The notes: generated by a model from the letters alone, not told the origin. Shown: positions 39,817-52,770, counted from the first letter of the whole stretch. The stretch: 63,040 bases of DNA, filler included, from Reticulomyxa filosa (GCA_000512085.1; 20 parts of 20 records of this genome joined end to end with filler, not necessarily neighbours in it); one strand, 5' to 3'. A program made the numbers and translations.

Positions 39817-40982
39817 ATGCAATCATTTCAACAGTGTTATTTTTCTGTGCCTACAACTCTTGAGAGTTTCGTTTTACCTGCGATAAGTTGTTGGGTTGGG
39901 ACGGTCTTGTACAAACCGTTCGTACCAACAAAGCTATAAAAAAAAAAAAAAAAACTTGGTTGTGTGACATGTGAAGGTTTGGACTATCAGCCAGCAATAA
40001 TCCAGCCGAAACTGGGGTATCGAAGCAGTCATGAAAATGTGCACGGGGAAAATGGAACGGCCTCTCCAGTCGTGGTCATTATTGTGTTGGACAACAAGAA
40101 CAATGGTACAGGCAGTAGCAACAGCAGTATCAGCAGCAGTAGTAACAGTAGCACTAGCCCTAGCAACAGCAGCAGTAGTATGAGTAGTGGCATTAGCACA
40201 GCGAATGGTGGCAATTGCGCGTACCCCTCGAACTGTATCAGTAGCATGAGCAGCAATCCATTGTCGACTCATTTGACATGTGGTTCAATTGGAAGTGCGC
40301 CACAGACGAGCTGTCTGAGTTGGGTCGGAGACCGGCTTCCGTCGATGTATCCGCGAACGAACAAAGACGTCCACGTCGTGCGCCCAGCGTCGCAGCTATG
40401 GTCCCCTCCCTACTCGTCGTACTCGTCCTACTCGTCATTCGTGTCGTTTCCGCTGCGCGAAGACGGAGCTGGCGTAGCCAAGTCGCCCAATGTACCAACC
40501 AAGCTCCCAGTGAGCACCAGTCATGACGCCACTCCTCCTTCCCCTCCTCGTCTCTACGTCGAGGCTGTTCCTCACCCGTTCCGTCCCGCCTCCTCCTCCG
40601 CCGCTGACATCATCCTCGCCGACCACGTCTCCGTCGCGACACACGTCGGCAAGTCCCAAGACATACGCAATTGCTGTTTGAAACAGCCATCCCTTCTCGG
40701 TGCCAACACCAACGTCAACACTAACACCGAGTCTCCTTCGGACAAACCTCACAAGCTGCCCAATGCCAATATCAATACCAGCAATGCCAATGTCAATGCC
40801 AATAATACCAATAACAAGGCCAAACATCGTGCCCACAGTATTCGTGGACAAATCTTGCAGCGATTGCAAACTGTAAAGCCTTTAGAAGACTGTCCACAAA
40901 AGCCTTGGATGTGTCCCGAGTGTAATTGTCGCTACACCACTTTCAATGGATTGCAATCACACTTTCGAATTCATACTGAATG
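39817..40982 (+). CDS. C2H2 zinc-finger transcription-factor-like protein (3'-truncated; 5' exon tentative)
   Basis: Long Ser/Pro/Asn-rich region, then KPWMCPECNCRYTTFNGLQSHFRIHTE and a GT donor. Confidence 0.8.
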
Positions 40983-41664
40983 GTAATGCGCTAATGTTGT
41001 CGTTCTTGTTCTTGTGTTCTTGTTGTGTAAGAGAAAAAAAGGCTTTCTGCGTTTATTTGTACATGTACATTGTCATATATACATACTTTTTTTTTTTTTT
41101 TTTNNNNNNNNNNNNNNNNNNNNNNNNNNNNNNNNNNNNNNNNNNNNTTAATTAATTAANNNNNNNNNNNNNNNNNNNNNNNNNNNNNNNNNNNNNNNNN
41201 NNNTTTGGATATTATTTGATATACATGAAAACGAGATGAACAAAAAAATGAATTAATGATTAAAGTTATTGTACTTCTACTTTGTTTCATTTCATTTATT
41301 TTTTTTCTGTTATTATTTGTTGTTATGTCAAAAATTGTTTTTTCATAGATTTATTTCCAAAGAGTATCTCTAAATCAAAGTTATTGCTCTTATCAGTATG
41401 GAAAATATGTTTAGTAATGTGAACATAATCAGTCCCATCAATGACACAATACAATAAACATAAACACACCCATCGATTGTAACATTATCGAATGTGATAT
41501 TTTCTGAACAAAATGAACAAAGAAATAATCAATAACTATAATGAATATTCAGAAAAACATAGATTTTCAATTTGTTGTCAGTGAGACTGATTTAGAAATA
41601 TTAATCGGTGGCTTGTGCACAAAACCAACCAAACTCTTTCAATTCAACGAAGCACTGAACCACC

Positions 41665-41748
41665 ATTCCTCCAGGATGGCAGAAAGTGTATGATACCAGT
41701 TGTACGCCTTATTATGTCAATCATACCACTATGACTACCCAGTGTGAG
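41665..41748 (+). pseudogene. Degenerate WW-domain exon
   Basis: IPPGWQKVYDTSCTPYYVNHTTMTTQCE fits the WW consensus with the second Trp replaced by Cys; flanking frames are broken. Confidence 0.6.
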
Positions 41749-42444
41749 GTATTTGCGTATAAATGAATAACCTAATTTCTATTGTCTTTGGTTAAGCTTC
41801 AATTGTTCTTGGTGTTGTTCAACAGCATCCATCTTTGCCAAAAAAGAAAAAAAAAACAATTATACAAGTTACTTCGACCACGACGCAACAAATGATAATG
41901 TCAACTTCGCAACAGTTAATCCAACAGACTACAACTGTACAGCAGCATTTGATCCAACAGATTACTACTCAACACCTCATCATCCAACAAACTACTACAC
42001 AGCAATCCATCATACAACAACTGCTCACAACAAAAACCAATCCCAAAAAAAAAGCAGCTCGACAAATATTCGCACACAAGTTCGTGGCGACGCCCACCTG
42101 GTGAATTTCACCTTAGCCACACTACAAAGTATGCAAGTGCGTTTCTAGGTCCTCCCACGTAGAGGGTTGGTGGTTGCGATTTTTAGGACCCGCCGGAACA
42201 ATAACAATAGTGATAACATCAACAATATCTACAATAGCAATAATATCAAAAACTTGAAATCTTTGCCACAAATCATCTTCACCAACATTCACCACTCCAC
42301 CACCATATTTACCATTTNNNNNNNNNNNNNNNNNNNNNNNNNNNNNNNNNNNNNNNNNNNNTTAATTAATTAANNNNNNNNNNNNNNNNNNNNNNNNNNN
42401 NNNNNNNNNNNNNNNNNTTTTTTTTTTTTTTTTTTTTTGAATAT

Positions 42445-42841
42445 TTATTTTTGGTTCGTTTGTTTGGAAAGCGATCGTTTGGTGCGAAGGATTGCAGAGA
42501 ACCAATCTTTCATGTGTTGAAGAGGGAAGCATCGAAGTTTCCAAGTCTTTCCATTCATGACCAAGTGAAAAGAATCACTGGCCATAACGACAGACTTGAC
42601 CTGGCTCAAATACAAGACATCTTTGGGGATGTTTTGAGTTTCGTTGTCGTACACAATGGTGCCATCATTGTAAAGAACAAAATACATTTTTTGCCAATAC
42701 GTCCAAAAGAAGCCAGTGTCAGCTTTGCTGACCCAGCCCTGTTTGACAACAATGCGAGGGACATCATTTGTGTTTTCATCGTTATCAATACTATTATTAT
42801 TATTATTATCGTTATTATTATTATTATTGTTATTATTATTA

Positions 42842-42882
<41 letters not shown>

Positions 42883-43818
42883 GTCACTGTTGTTATCAGT
42901 GTCCGCTTTGGACGTCTGGTTGGAAGGAACGTTTTTGGTGAGCTTTTGTTTGGCTTTGGCCTGAAAGAGCTTGGCAGTTTGCAGTTGAACCTTCAAATTG
43001 GCGGAGAACACGGAAGCGGCTGCTCCGATAGCAATGACGTCGAGAACAGTGGCGACCAGTTGTGTGAGCAGATGAATGTAATCGGAGTGAGTATATAGCA
43101 GCGACGGGTTTTGTTGGACCCATTGCTGACGCAGCTGTTCCCACAAGGAGCACATGATGTTGGTGGACAGCACCGCAAAGAGGCGCGTGCAGGAGCGTCG
43201 AAGACGAGCTTTTTGAAATTTGGGATGCGTGACAAGATGCAAAGCAAATAACTTGGCAAAGGTGCTAATGTTTTCGGAGCCGATGGCAATTTCAAAGTTG
43301 AGCACGTGTTCAAAGAGCTTGCTGAGATACCAGTCTCCACATACCTTGGACAAGGCAGACACAATAGAGGCCACCACGTTGAGCACTGGGACATTGGTAG
43401 ACAATTCCTTCAACACGCGAATGCCACCCATGCCAACGTTGAGCAGAGGACTTTGGAAAATGACATTGGTCTCTATGTAGTCCGACTTGATCACCTTACA
43501 ATCGAAGAAATACATTGTGATGGTCTTCACTACAGTATTGAACGACTCCTGCGTGTCGTCGCTACGATTGATCTGCTGATAGATGGCCAAGTTTATGTCG
43601 CACTCCTCCTTTGTTATCTTTTGCAACATCTGCTCCGTCATGCTGTTCAATCGCGCACGCTCTTTCGCAATCTGTCCTATGTAGTCGTTCACGCTGTCCA
43701 GCTTCGTGTTGGTCTTTGCGATTTGGCTTTCAAACGCCACACTCAACTCCTTTATCGTGTTTTGAATTGTCGTCATCTTCGTCCACATGTCCTCATTTCC
43801 TTCCTTCTCTGCTGTCAT
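42445..43818 (-). CDS. Coiled-coil, poly-Asn and C-terminal PH-domain protein
   Basis: VVKQGWVSK...WQKMYFVLYNDGTIVY...MKDWFSAIL is a PH pattern, in a single 457-aa ORF. Confidence 0.82.
42790..42884. repeat. (AAT/AAC)n trinucleotide repeat encoding poly-Asn
   Basis: Read directly from the sequence; similar tracts at 15555-15655 and 46371-46425. Confidence 0.95.
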
Positions 43819-43980
43819 CTCATTTGGTATGTCTGTCTTATCACCCTCTTCCTCCTCTTCTTCTTCTTCTTCTTCTTCTTNNNNNNNNNNNNNNNNNNNN
43901 NNNNNNNNNNNNNNNNNNNNNNNNTTAATTAATTAANNNNNNNNNNNNNNNNNNNNNNNNNNNNNNNNNNNNNNNNNNNN

Positions 43981-44112
43981 GATATTTAAAAACTACAAGA
44001 TTCGTAGATATTTTTTTTAAAAAATTTTGATTAATTGTTTGTTTTTCATGGAGAAAATCAATTATTTTCATAAAATATCATTTTAGGTTTACATTTTTTT
44101 GGCAAACTACTG
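43981..44112. mobile_element. Right-end TIR of the Tc1-like family at a contig start
   Basis: ATATTTAAAAACTACAAG...GCAAACTACTG|TA aligns with 38530-38659. Confidence 0.8.
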
Positions 44113-44425
44113 TATTAAATATAATTTCAATCAAAAGTATCATTTAAAATTTTATCTGCATATTGAATCTAAATTATGTTTGTTGCTAGCAAAGGTAAAA
44201 GATGAAAATATTAAGATGAATTCATTCAAGGACTCCGTTGTAAACAATTGCAAATTATATTTCCAAGAAAAAAAAAGCAGTCTTTTCAAAAATGTCCAAT
44301 TTGTCATCAATATAATGAACGTACAAAATGATCATTACAAAATTTTGAAAAGTGCTGCTGTTAAACAATACCATTGCAGACATTACATTGTTCAATTGGA
44401 AGACAGTAATAATAGTACATGTTGA

Positions 44426-45388
44426 TTACACGTCCATTACTTTTTTTTTTTTGTGAAACATTTTAAAATTGGAGTTGGGATGTTTAGCAGTGCGAATAAT
44501 TTTTTCGCAAGCAATCAAATTTTTTGGACAATCGGGGAATACTTGCTCAGAATATGACCTTGAAAATATAGCATAAAATTCAGAGACAGTAAACCATCTC
44601 TGGTTAAATACATTTTCACAAATGCAAGCTATCATATCCACTGTTGTATCTTGCTTCATTTCTTCTGTATTTTCATCCTCACTGTTTGACGAATCAGGAC
44701 GGGGTGGATCTAATACAATTGCATTTATTGGAACTCTTGTTTGGATCTTTCCACTCACAGAAATTTCTGTCGGTATTACTGGGCGTTGTTTTGAGATTTT
44801 TTGATATTTCTTATCATAGTCACTTTTATGATAACTTTCTATTCATATCCATTTTTTTATTTTTTTATTTTTTTTTTTTAGAAATGTAAATAAATCGGTG
44901 CTTTATTATTACAACAACAGCAGAACAGCAAACAATACCTTTGAATCAGTGCTGCTTTCATCATCATCATCATCATCGTCATCATCATCACCATCATCAT
45001 GACCAGAAGAGGAAGCTGAATCATTTTCCATCTCTTTTTCGTAATATTTTTCCAAGTTTTCGATAAATTCATCAAGTGCAGGAGAAGGTACTTCTTTACT
45101 ATCATCACCTTTGGTCCAAACATAGTTTTCCATTATTCCCCATCTTAGTATGACATTTTTTCTTATTATCGATTTGATAGAGCTCCAAATTGCTGTTACA
45201 CAACATAAATCCAACCAATACGATTTATATAACTCTTCTCCTTTTTCGAGTATTTCTTCCATCGTCGGGCCTAATTGTCTGTCTTTCCATTCGTAAAAAC
45301 ATTGCTCGAGAGTCACCTTTGCGATTACATGTGAATTATTTATGTGCACGTCTCGATAGCCTAAAAGCAACATATCTTCTATATTCAT
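44426..45388 (-). CDS. Hypothetical multi-exon protein with a poly-Asp tract
   Basis: Two co-oriented ORFs separated by intron-like sequence; no family recognised. Confidence 0.5.
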
Positions 45389-45689
45389 TTTACCTTTCGT
45401 GTTGTTTCCTATTTGGTGTATATATTTGTGTGTGTGATTTGATCACAGTTTGGTCATACGTTCAAATAACAAAAAGAAAACTGAAAGAATTCACAATAAA
45501 GTCGATAAATTGAGTTTCTTTGCGGCTATTGAAAATTTTCGATGCATATTCGCATGCATCAAACAGACTTTTCCATTGCCCAAATTTCCTTTCCATATTT
45601 CCTATAACATTTTGTATACAACTCAAATGTAAATTAATTAAATATTTCTTCTGTTTCTCCCCACTTTTCTTTTTTTTTTTAATAATATT

Positions 45690-46270
45690 TTAACGTGTGA
45701 TGAGGTTATCCACAATGACAAGCATAATTTTTGATTTGTGATTTCTGTGACCCCTTAATTTGAGAATAGCATCAACTTGATTTTTTGGATCAGGAAATTG
45801 GGCTGCCGTTGGCCCTTGTTGATAGGGCCATTGAATGATCATTGGTCCATTTGCACTATTCCTACATTTCACAATCAATTGAAAGAATTCTTGGATAATG
45901 TCAAATGATGAAATTGGAGAATTAGATTGACCTGTAATCTTCAATTGATTGAACAAATAAGTGCAAATAATTTCCAAGGAGTTATTCGAAAGGTGTTGCT
46001 TACCTTTCATTGCAGTATATTGCCACAGTTTCAAAAACAATACTGCCAATCGAGTGTTTTTTCCAACCAATTCCTCTCTCATGTAATACACTCGAAGTAA
46101 TGATAATGATGCATTCATGTTCTTTTCTAAAAATATTTTCCATTGTTTATTCGCCTTTTCAATATGTCCTCGATGAATTGTCGATTCTTCAATCAAATCA
46201 TTGGCTGCCATTTGCAATTGCTCTGGAGAGAATTGATACACATGCACATTTTGTTGGGTGTAATGAAATT
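45690..46270 (-). CDS. 2'-5'-oligoadenylate-synthetase-like (OAS1_C-type) nucleotidyltransferase C-terminal helical domain, 5'-truncated
   Basis: ASLSLLRVYYMRE...TRLAVLFLKLWQ...KQHLSNNSLEIICTYLF...FFQLI...IVD parallels the OAS pattern L.RLVK.W...LP..YALELL..Y...ILD. The catalytic N-lobe is not in the window. Confidence 0.55.
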
Positions 46271-46370
46271 NNNNNNNNNNNNNNNNNNNNNNNNNNNNNN
46301 NNNNNNNNNNNNNNTTAATTAATTAANNNNNNNNNNNNNNNNNNNNNNNNNNNNNNNNNNNNNNNNNNNN

Positions 46371-49031
46371 ATTATTGTTATTATTGTTATTATTGTTATT
46401 ATTGTTGTTACTATTGCTATTGTTGACATTAGCACTATTGGTATTAGACGAGGGATTATTGCCTGTCATCGACGCGCTTCCGAGGGTCGTACTCATTGTT
46501 GTAGCCGAATTGGTCAACGACAAACTCGATTCCAAATTGTTTACATTGCTTTTGGCGTCCGTCTTCTCTCTTTGTTGCATGTACTCATGGACACTGATTT
46601 TCACATATCGGTAAAGACTTTCATTGTTTTTCGTCGAACTGTTGCCCGACACATTTGTGTCATTGTGTTCCTCTGGCTCTTGTTCATCATCGTCATCACT
46701 TACTATTCCTCCTCCTAGTCCTACTCCTCCTCCGAAACTGTCGTTGTTTTTTTTGTCCATGTCATTGCCATTATTGCCGCTGTTGTTGCCATGCACGCCA
46801 CTCCCCGTAGTGTCCCCCGTGAGATTCCCATTGACGCCATTGCCAAGTGCACCACTCCCTCCTGCTGCGTTGGAGAGATTGCCTTTGTCGCCTTTCGAAG
46901 ATGCGTCCGAATTGAGCGCGGACGACGACGATGGGGACATTGAAAAGGGGTCCTTCTCGCACACGTTTTTGATGAGTGTGTAGTACTCCTTCTCCATCAA
47001 GTCGTCCGACTTCTTCGCGTTGTTCGAGTAGTCGTTCCACAACATCTTTTTCAAAAAGCTCAAGTCACTCAAAGACAGATATACCAAGTCGTCGCGAGGT
47101 GACTTTTCACGAATTTTCCGATCCATTGCAAAGTGGTGTTCCAATGGGAGCACGTTACACAACTCTTTGAAAAATTTTTTCACTTTGCTAATTTCTTCCA
47201 CGATTAAATCGTTCAATGATGCCATAAAGGCTTCTTTCACTCCACCGATCATTTGATTGCTAATATTTTGCAATATCTATTATTTATTGTTTATTATTTA
47301 TTATTTATTATTTATTATTGTCACAACTTACAAATAAAATAACTCAACTTTGGCAATTAAAGTGAAGCGACGACGAATTTGTTTGGCGTGTTGTTTGTGT
47401 ACTTTGGTTTGCTCGTGTCCATACAGCTGAATGCGCGGATTAAAGATACGTAAAAAGATGAAACCACCTACCAAAGACTCTGCGATTTTCTCGTTGTCCT
47501 GTTCGTATACTTTGCTGTGCGCTAATTCGATCAATTTTTTGCACAGTATCCTCAGGCCCATGGGATAGTTGTCCGCGTTGGTTATTCGACTTATTATATA
47601 CTTTACAAATTCCCGTAGTTTTTCTCGTCTTTGTGCACACAAGTTTTGGATTTTTGGGTCGTTTGGGTCTTTTATGTCTGCTGCTTCTTCTACTTGGATC
47701 AACATACCTTCCCACACCTTTTTTTTTTTTTTCATTAAAAAAAAAGTGTGTACTAGTTTTAAGGGAGGAGGGCGCCTGGGAAAAGAAGGATATACGTAAC
47801 TGCTTCGGGATCTATTTCCAAATCTTCTTCAGGATTTTTCAGGCAAAATTCGCCACATTCTTTGACTGTGTTATCAATGAAGTCACTAATGTGTTGTCTT
47901 TTCAGATAAGCTTGGAGTAATTTTGTTGCGGTAGTGTTCTCACGAAGATATGTGGTGATGTCTTCACATTGATTGTATTCATATTTCATTACATCCTTTT
48001 TTTTTTTTTTTTTTTTTTGGGACCGTTATGCGTGTATATGTATATGTGTAGGTGTATGCGAAAGAGGGGGAGGGGTGCAAAAAAGAAAAATAATTTGAAA
48101 AATCCTTGTTCCTAGAGGGAAAAAAAAAAAAAAAAACAAAGCTAACACAAACTACGAAACTTCGATGATCCTGACCATAATGTGCTCTTGCATTCTGTCG
48201 TAATGGTTCGGTAATATTCCATTGGTCAGCAAATTCACCAGTCTTTCTATGTTAGTAAAATGCGGATCAAAATATAATCTTGCCAACAAAGATGGATTGG
48301 TGTACGTTATTCCAAATATCTCTCCGTACATCTTTTTTTTTTTTTTGGTTTGATTGGTTGGTTTCATTGTTTGTGTCAGAAGAGGGGGGGGGGAGGGGGA
48401 AAAAAAAGAGGCCAAGTTTTATTTTTGATGTATACATATATTACTCTTCTGATTTGCTTTTGTAACTTGTAACGCAGCACTGTATTGCGCTGCAATGTTT
48501 TGATCCCCTGATTCCACGTCTTTGATCTTCGTCACAAATGTGTTCTTTGTTTTTGACTTTTTTTGTCGTGCTTTTTTGAGCACTTGGTCCTATTTTATTT
48601 TATTTTATTTTTTTGTCGTGTTATTCTTGTGTTGGAGGTGTTTAACACTATGTACATAACGAGATCTGCAAATATAGAATACATGTAGTATCCCATGTAT
48701 ATGTACATACACACATATAAATATATATTTATTTATTTATTGTTGGGAAAGAAGTGCGGAGAAAATTGCCAAGAATTTTGTGTGTATTTCAAATCTCAAC
48801 ATAAAATTGATTTGTTCTCAATAAAATCACAATTTCGTCTGCCAAATCACACCTTTGTGAATATACTTATTATTCCCCACACCACAAAACACAAACCACT
48901 TTTTCGTAAAGATTGATGAAAATTCAAAAACACGTAGGACAGATACTCTTACATTTCAGAAGTTGCCTGTCTTGATTGGCATCATACTTGGAAAAAGCTT
49001 CAATTAACTCTTTTAGTTTTGGTTGACTCAT
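46371..49031 (-). CDS. RasGAP-domain protein, multi-exon, 3'-truncated (5' exons tentative)
   Basis: YLRENTTATKLL (arginine finger), DLEIDP, YPMGLRILC, LVGGFIFLRIFNP and TLIAK|ILQNISN RasGAP motifs across exons. Confidence 0.9.
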
Positions 49032-49655
49032 GTTTCCTATTCCACCCATACAAATGTAAACTTAAAAAAAAAAGAAGAAAGATAAAGAGGTGATAAAATC
49101 TCAAAACTGTTGCTCATTGATACAACTCAATGAAGCTGAAGGGTATTGTTTTTTGCACGTTTCAAAAAATCCTAAAGAGAACGACAAAACACAAGAAAAT
49201 AACGCTTATTTTACATTTATAATTATTCATTTTTGTCTAATTCGTTATTTGTTAATCGTATAGCCTACAATGGCCACACAAAATAACAAAATTATGTGTC
49301 TGAAATTTTTATTGAAGAAATTACCAAATGTCACATGAATGTAGTACACGAAAAGACATCAAATTTTACGTAATACTGAACTTTTCTCAAATAACAAAAG
49401 AATTCTGATTTTTTTTACAAACCAACGAAACAGTGTAGTTTAGTGAGCGTCGGAGTATGAAGTTTAGGGACCCTTTTTTTTCTTTTTTAAGCTTACTTAT
49501 TGCTCAATCGTTAATTTGTGAAAATTTAGTATTATTAATCTAAAAAAAATAAAAATGAAATGAGAACACACATGCTCCCACAACAGAAAATGTAAATGAT
49601 GAAAAATGTAAAAAAAAAACAAAAACTAAATAATAAATTGAAGTAAAATAACAAT

Positions 49656-49861
49656 TGTGGGACGTCTGCTGATATTAGTGGTACACTAACTGTAATACGA
49701 GAGGTGTTTACTAAGAAGAGAATAGTGATTTCGTAAAACGAAAGAAATTGAAATAATAAAACAAGATAATAAAAGAAAAGTAAAGAGAAGCAAGAAAGTA
49801 AGAAGTAAGTTTGTTGAGGAAGTTTAACCTACTGGGGGTTCCTCCGTTCACTTGACGTTCA
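49656..49861 (+). repeat. Dispersed repeat, copy 2 (LTR-like, TG...CA)
   Basis: Starts TGTGGGACGTC, shares TGTAATACGA, TTTACT, GTAAAAC and GTTGAGGA blocks with 25809-25982, and ends ...TGACGTTCA. Confidence 0.65.
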
Positions 49862-50819
49862 GATACTCATAATAGGGACTTGCCCTAAATGTAAGCATAG
49901 CATCGGAGTTGATACATTTGAATTACTGAATATATCGATCAATTGATGAAACATTTTTAAAAAAGAAATTTCTTTATGCGAAGAGTTCGCAAAAAAAAAA
50001 CGCAAGTGTATAATTTTAAAAAAAGTATGTATGTATAAAAAAATGTACATATAAGTATGACAAAAAAAAATAGTTTAGCTTTTACTAGAATAATGAAATT
50101 TTTTTGCGATAGTTAACATCGAACGCGAGTAATGCGATTGACAAAAGAAAATTCGTGTTATCAACGAACATTGATGTGTTATAAAGGAAAAAAAATTAAA
50201 ATTGCTGCAGATCCATCCGATAAGACAATCAAAGATTTGGCGTAGCTGATTTGGAACAGCATTATTGATCAGTGGACTTAGCGATTAGTCAGACTGTCCT
50301 CAGCCTTTTTAACGAAGATGATGCAGAAAACGCCAATCTGGAAAAGGAAGACATTCGGCAATGTAGGAAGTTGATCAAACAAATTGTTTTTCTTTTTAAT
50401 TTAAAATTTGATTATTTTGAAATGAGACCGTCAGTATCGGGTCAGCAAAGCAAGTTTTTTAAATATTATCTTATAAATTCGCAATGGTGGCAATTCTCCT
50501 ATTCTCAAATACTTTTTAAGAAACTCGTCTTAGTGTTTCAAAGACAAGGAGAAAAAACTATATTGAAAATTTTGTTAACCACAAAAACTGATTAACTTTG
50601 AGTCTGGTTCCCAAGTTTTTGTTTGCAAGAAAACAACTGTCCTTTTGAACATTGCATTTCAATGTATAAAAAAAAAGTCGAACGTTTGGAGGAACACTAA
50701 AATAAAAATAGTAAAGCAAAGACATCGCACCAACAATTAGGATCCTCTTCCAATAGCACAACCAAAAAATCAATTTACTTTTTGAATTCCGATTCGGGTT
50801 TACTGTTTGTACGGCGAGC

Positions 50820-51757
50820 AATTGCATCTAGAGAAGGATATTATATAAGCAATGCAAAATATTGAAATATGGTTGGGTGACTGAACTAATAAAAAAAATA
50901 TACAAACCATCAGCGGATTCGAATTGGATTTTTTCATCATTATTTTTTTGTTGCATTTTTTTAACTTTGCGTGCCAACTTGTCGTGAAATTCATGGCAGA
51001 TTCCTTGGATGACAGTTTGGTCGTTGGTTTGTGAGTCGACTCTATCTCTAGTCATATCCAATTGCATCTTTTCTTCTTCGTTTAATCGAAATGACCAATG
51101 ATGTCTAGTTCTTCTCTCTCCTTCCAACGACTGCAGTGTAATTTCTCCAGTGTAGTACTTTGCTGTTTTGGGTCATTACCATCAGTGTACCCACACTTGT
51201 TCACCAACAATCAACTTGAACAACACCCAGATACAAGTCACAAATCTAAACACAAACAACACACCAGGCAATTTTCCACGATTCCACCTGTGCACAAATT
51301 TAACAAACCATTTCTTAGCTTCCTTCGTTGTCAAGTCGTCGTAATAGTGGTGTTTCATCTCCAACAACCAAATGCGAAATTCCGCGTTTTTTTCAAAATA
51401 GCTACTTTTGTCAATTTTTGGTACGTTTTTTTCTTTTTCTTTTTCTTTTTCTTTTTCTATGTTTTTTCCGGTTTCTACTTCTTTTTCTTTATGACCTTGG
51501 TGATGATGGTGATGATGGTGGTGGTGATGATGACGGTGGTGGTTTGAATGCTCTGTTGATTTATCCTCTGAGTGGTCGGTTCTTTCTCCCTCTTTGTTTT
51601 GTCGCTTCTCATCATTTGTGTTCAGTTTCCGTCGTTTCAATAGTTCAGGACGTTCTGTTAGTCATTAAAACCATATTTTATCAAACTGCGGAATTTATCA
51701 AAAGGAGGAGATTATAATTCGAACCAGAATCAGCTCTTCTCTCCTTCTTTTAGACAT
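50820..51757 (-). CDS. SCI1 (style cell-cycle inhibitor 1)-like protein with a poly-His tract (ends approximate)
   Basis: SYFEKNAEFRIWLLE...YDDLTTKEAKKWFVKFVHRWNRGKLP resembles the conserved core of plant SCI1-like proteins as I recall it. Confidence 0.6.
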
Positions 51758-51850
51758 ATCTATAGGTTTTTTTTTACGAGAAAAATTTGTTCAAAACTCA
51801 AGAAATTGCTCACCTTTTACTGAAAAGTATTGCTCCAAGTGAAGTTCAAA

Positions 51851-52770
51851 TGTATGTACAACTTTTGGACTTTCCTCAAAACACTCTTTCGACATTTTAT
51901 CAAGTGTTGAGAGTTCAGTTTTCTCCACGAAAATTAAAAAGTCTTTAGAACTACTTTATCACGGGCATATGCAGACATCAATCAAGCTTAGGCCTTTATT
52001 TCATCAAATACCAGCCAAGGCGATACTTTATGTATGTCCGTTTTCTGTGAGACCAAAAGAATATTCTAAATAAAAAACTCCAAACTGAAAACACATAAAA
52101 AAAAGTCGTTGAATCATGACCTGACCTTATTGGCGTATTTGTGGTTCGACAGTACATTATACAACATTGTGATCAAAGGAAACGGGAAGCCAAACAAGAG
52201 ACAGTTTCGAAAGAAAGTAACATGTCTGAAATGGATTTACGTTGACAAACGAGATATTTTGTTGGTCTCATTTGAACACGGATACATTGGATGTTTTGAC
52301 AAAGTTTTTTTTTTTCCTCTCTCTTTTTTTTTTCTTTCCTCTCCCCCTTTTTTTTCATAAAAAAAAAAAAGAAAGATTGACATTGCAGATATAGAGGCAG
52401 AGAAATAGGGTGGTTTTGTGTATTGTGGTTGTGTTGAATTGCAATTAGAATGGACATTGCTTGTTCAAGCAACAAGTAGAGGATAATGCAATAATAGACA
52501 TGCAATTAGTGCCACCGCAAGAGGAAGTGAACACAAAAATGGGGACATCTCCGAACATATTTTGTAAGACGTGGCAAGGTATAATAATAATATCTTGTCA
52601 TGACATATACAAAACATTGAAATGTAGTAACTTTGACACGCTTTGGCTGACGGAGGATCAAAAAAGAGATTATTACTTTGAACAACAGAAATTGTATAAG
52701 CAACAACAACAACAACAACAAGAAATAGAGTCGTTTACTGTTATACCTGGTCCAACTACAAACAAAACAG
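51851..52770 (+). CDS. Possible Rab3GAP regulatory subunit (RAB3GAP2) N-terminal-like protein, partial
   Basis: VTCLKW...ILLVSFEHGYIGCFD|NGHCLFKQQVEDNAIIDMQL resembles the RAB3GAP2 segment IVVGF.SGYVRFY.E.G.LL..Q; weak match. Confidence 0.35.

Noticed and set aside
42451-43098. Poly-Ile/poly-Leu 'membrane protein' ORFs (also 15541-15768, 40029-40256, 46375-46614)
   Set aside because: They are antisense or off-frame readings of poly-Asn/Ser trinucleotide tracts.
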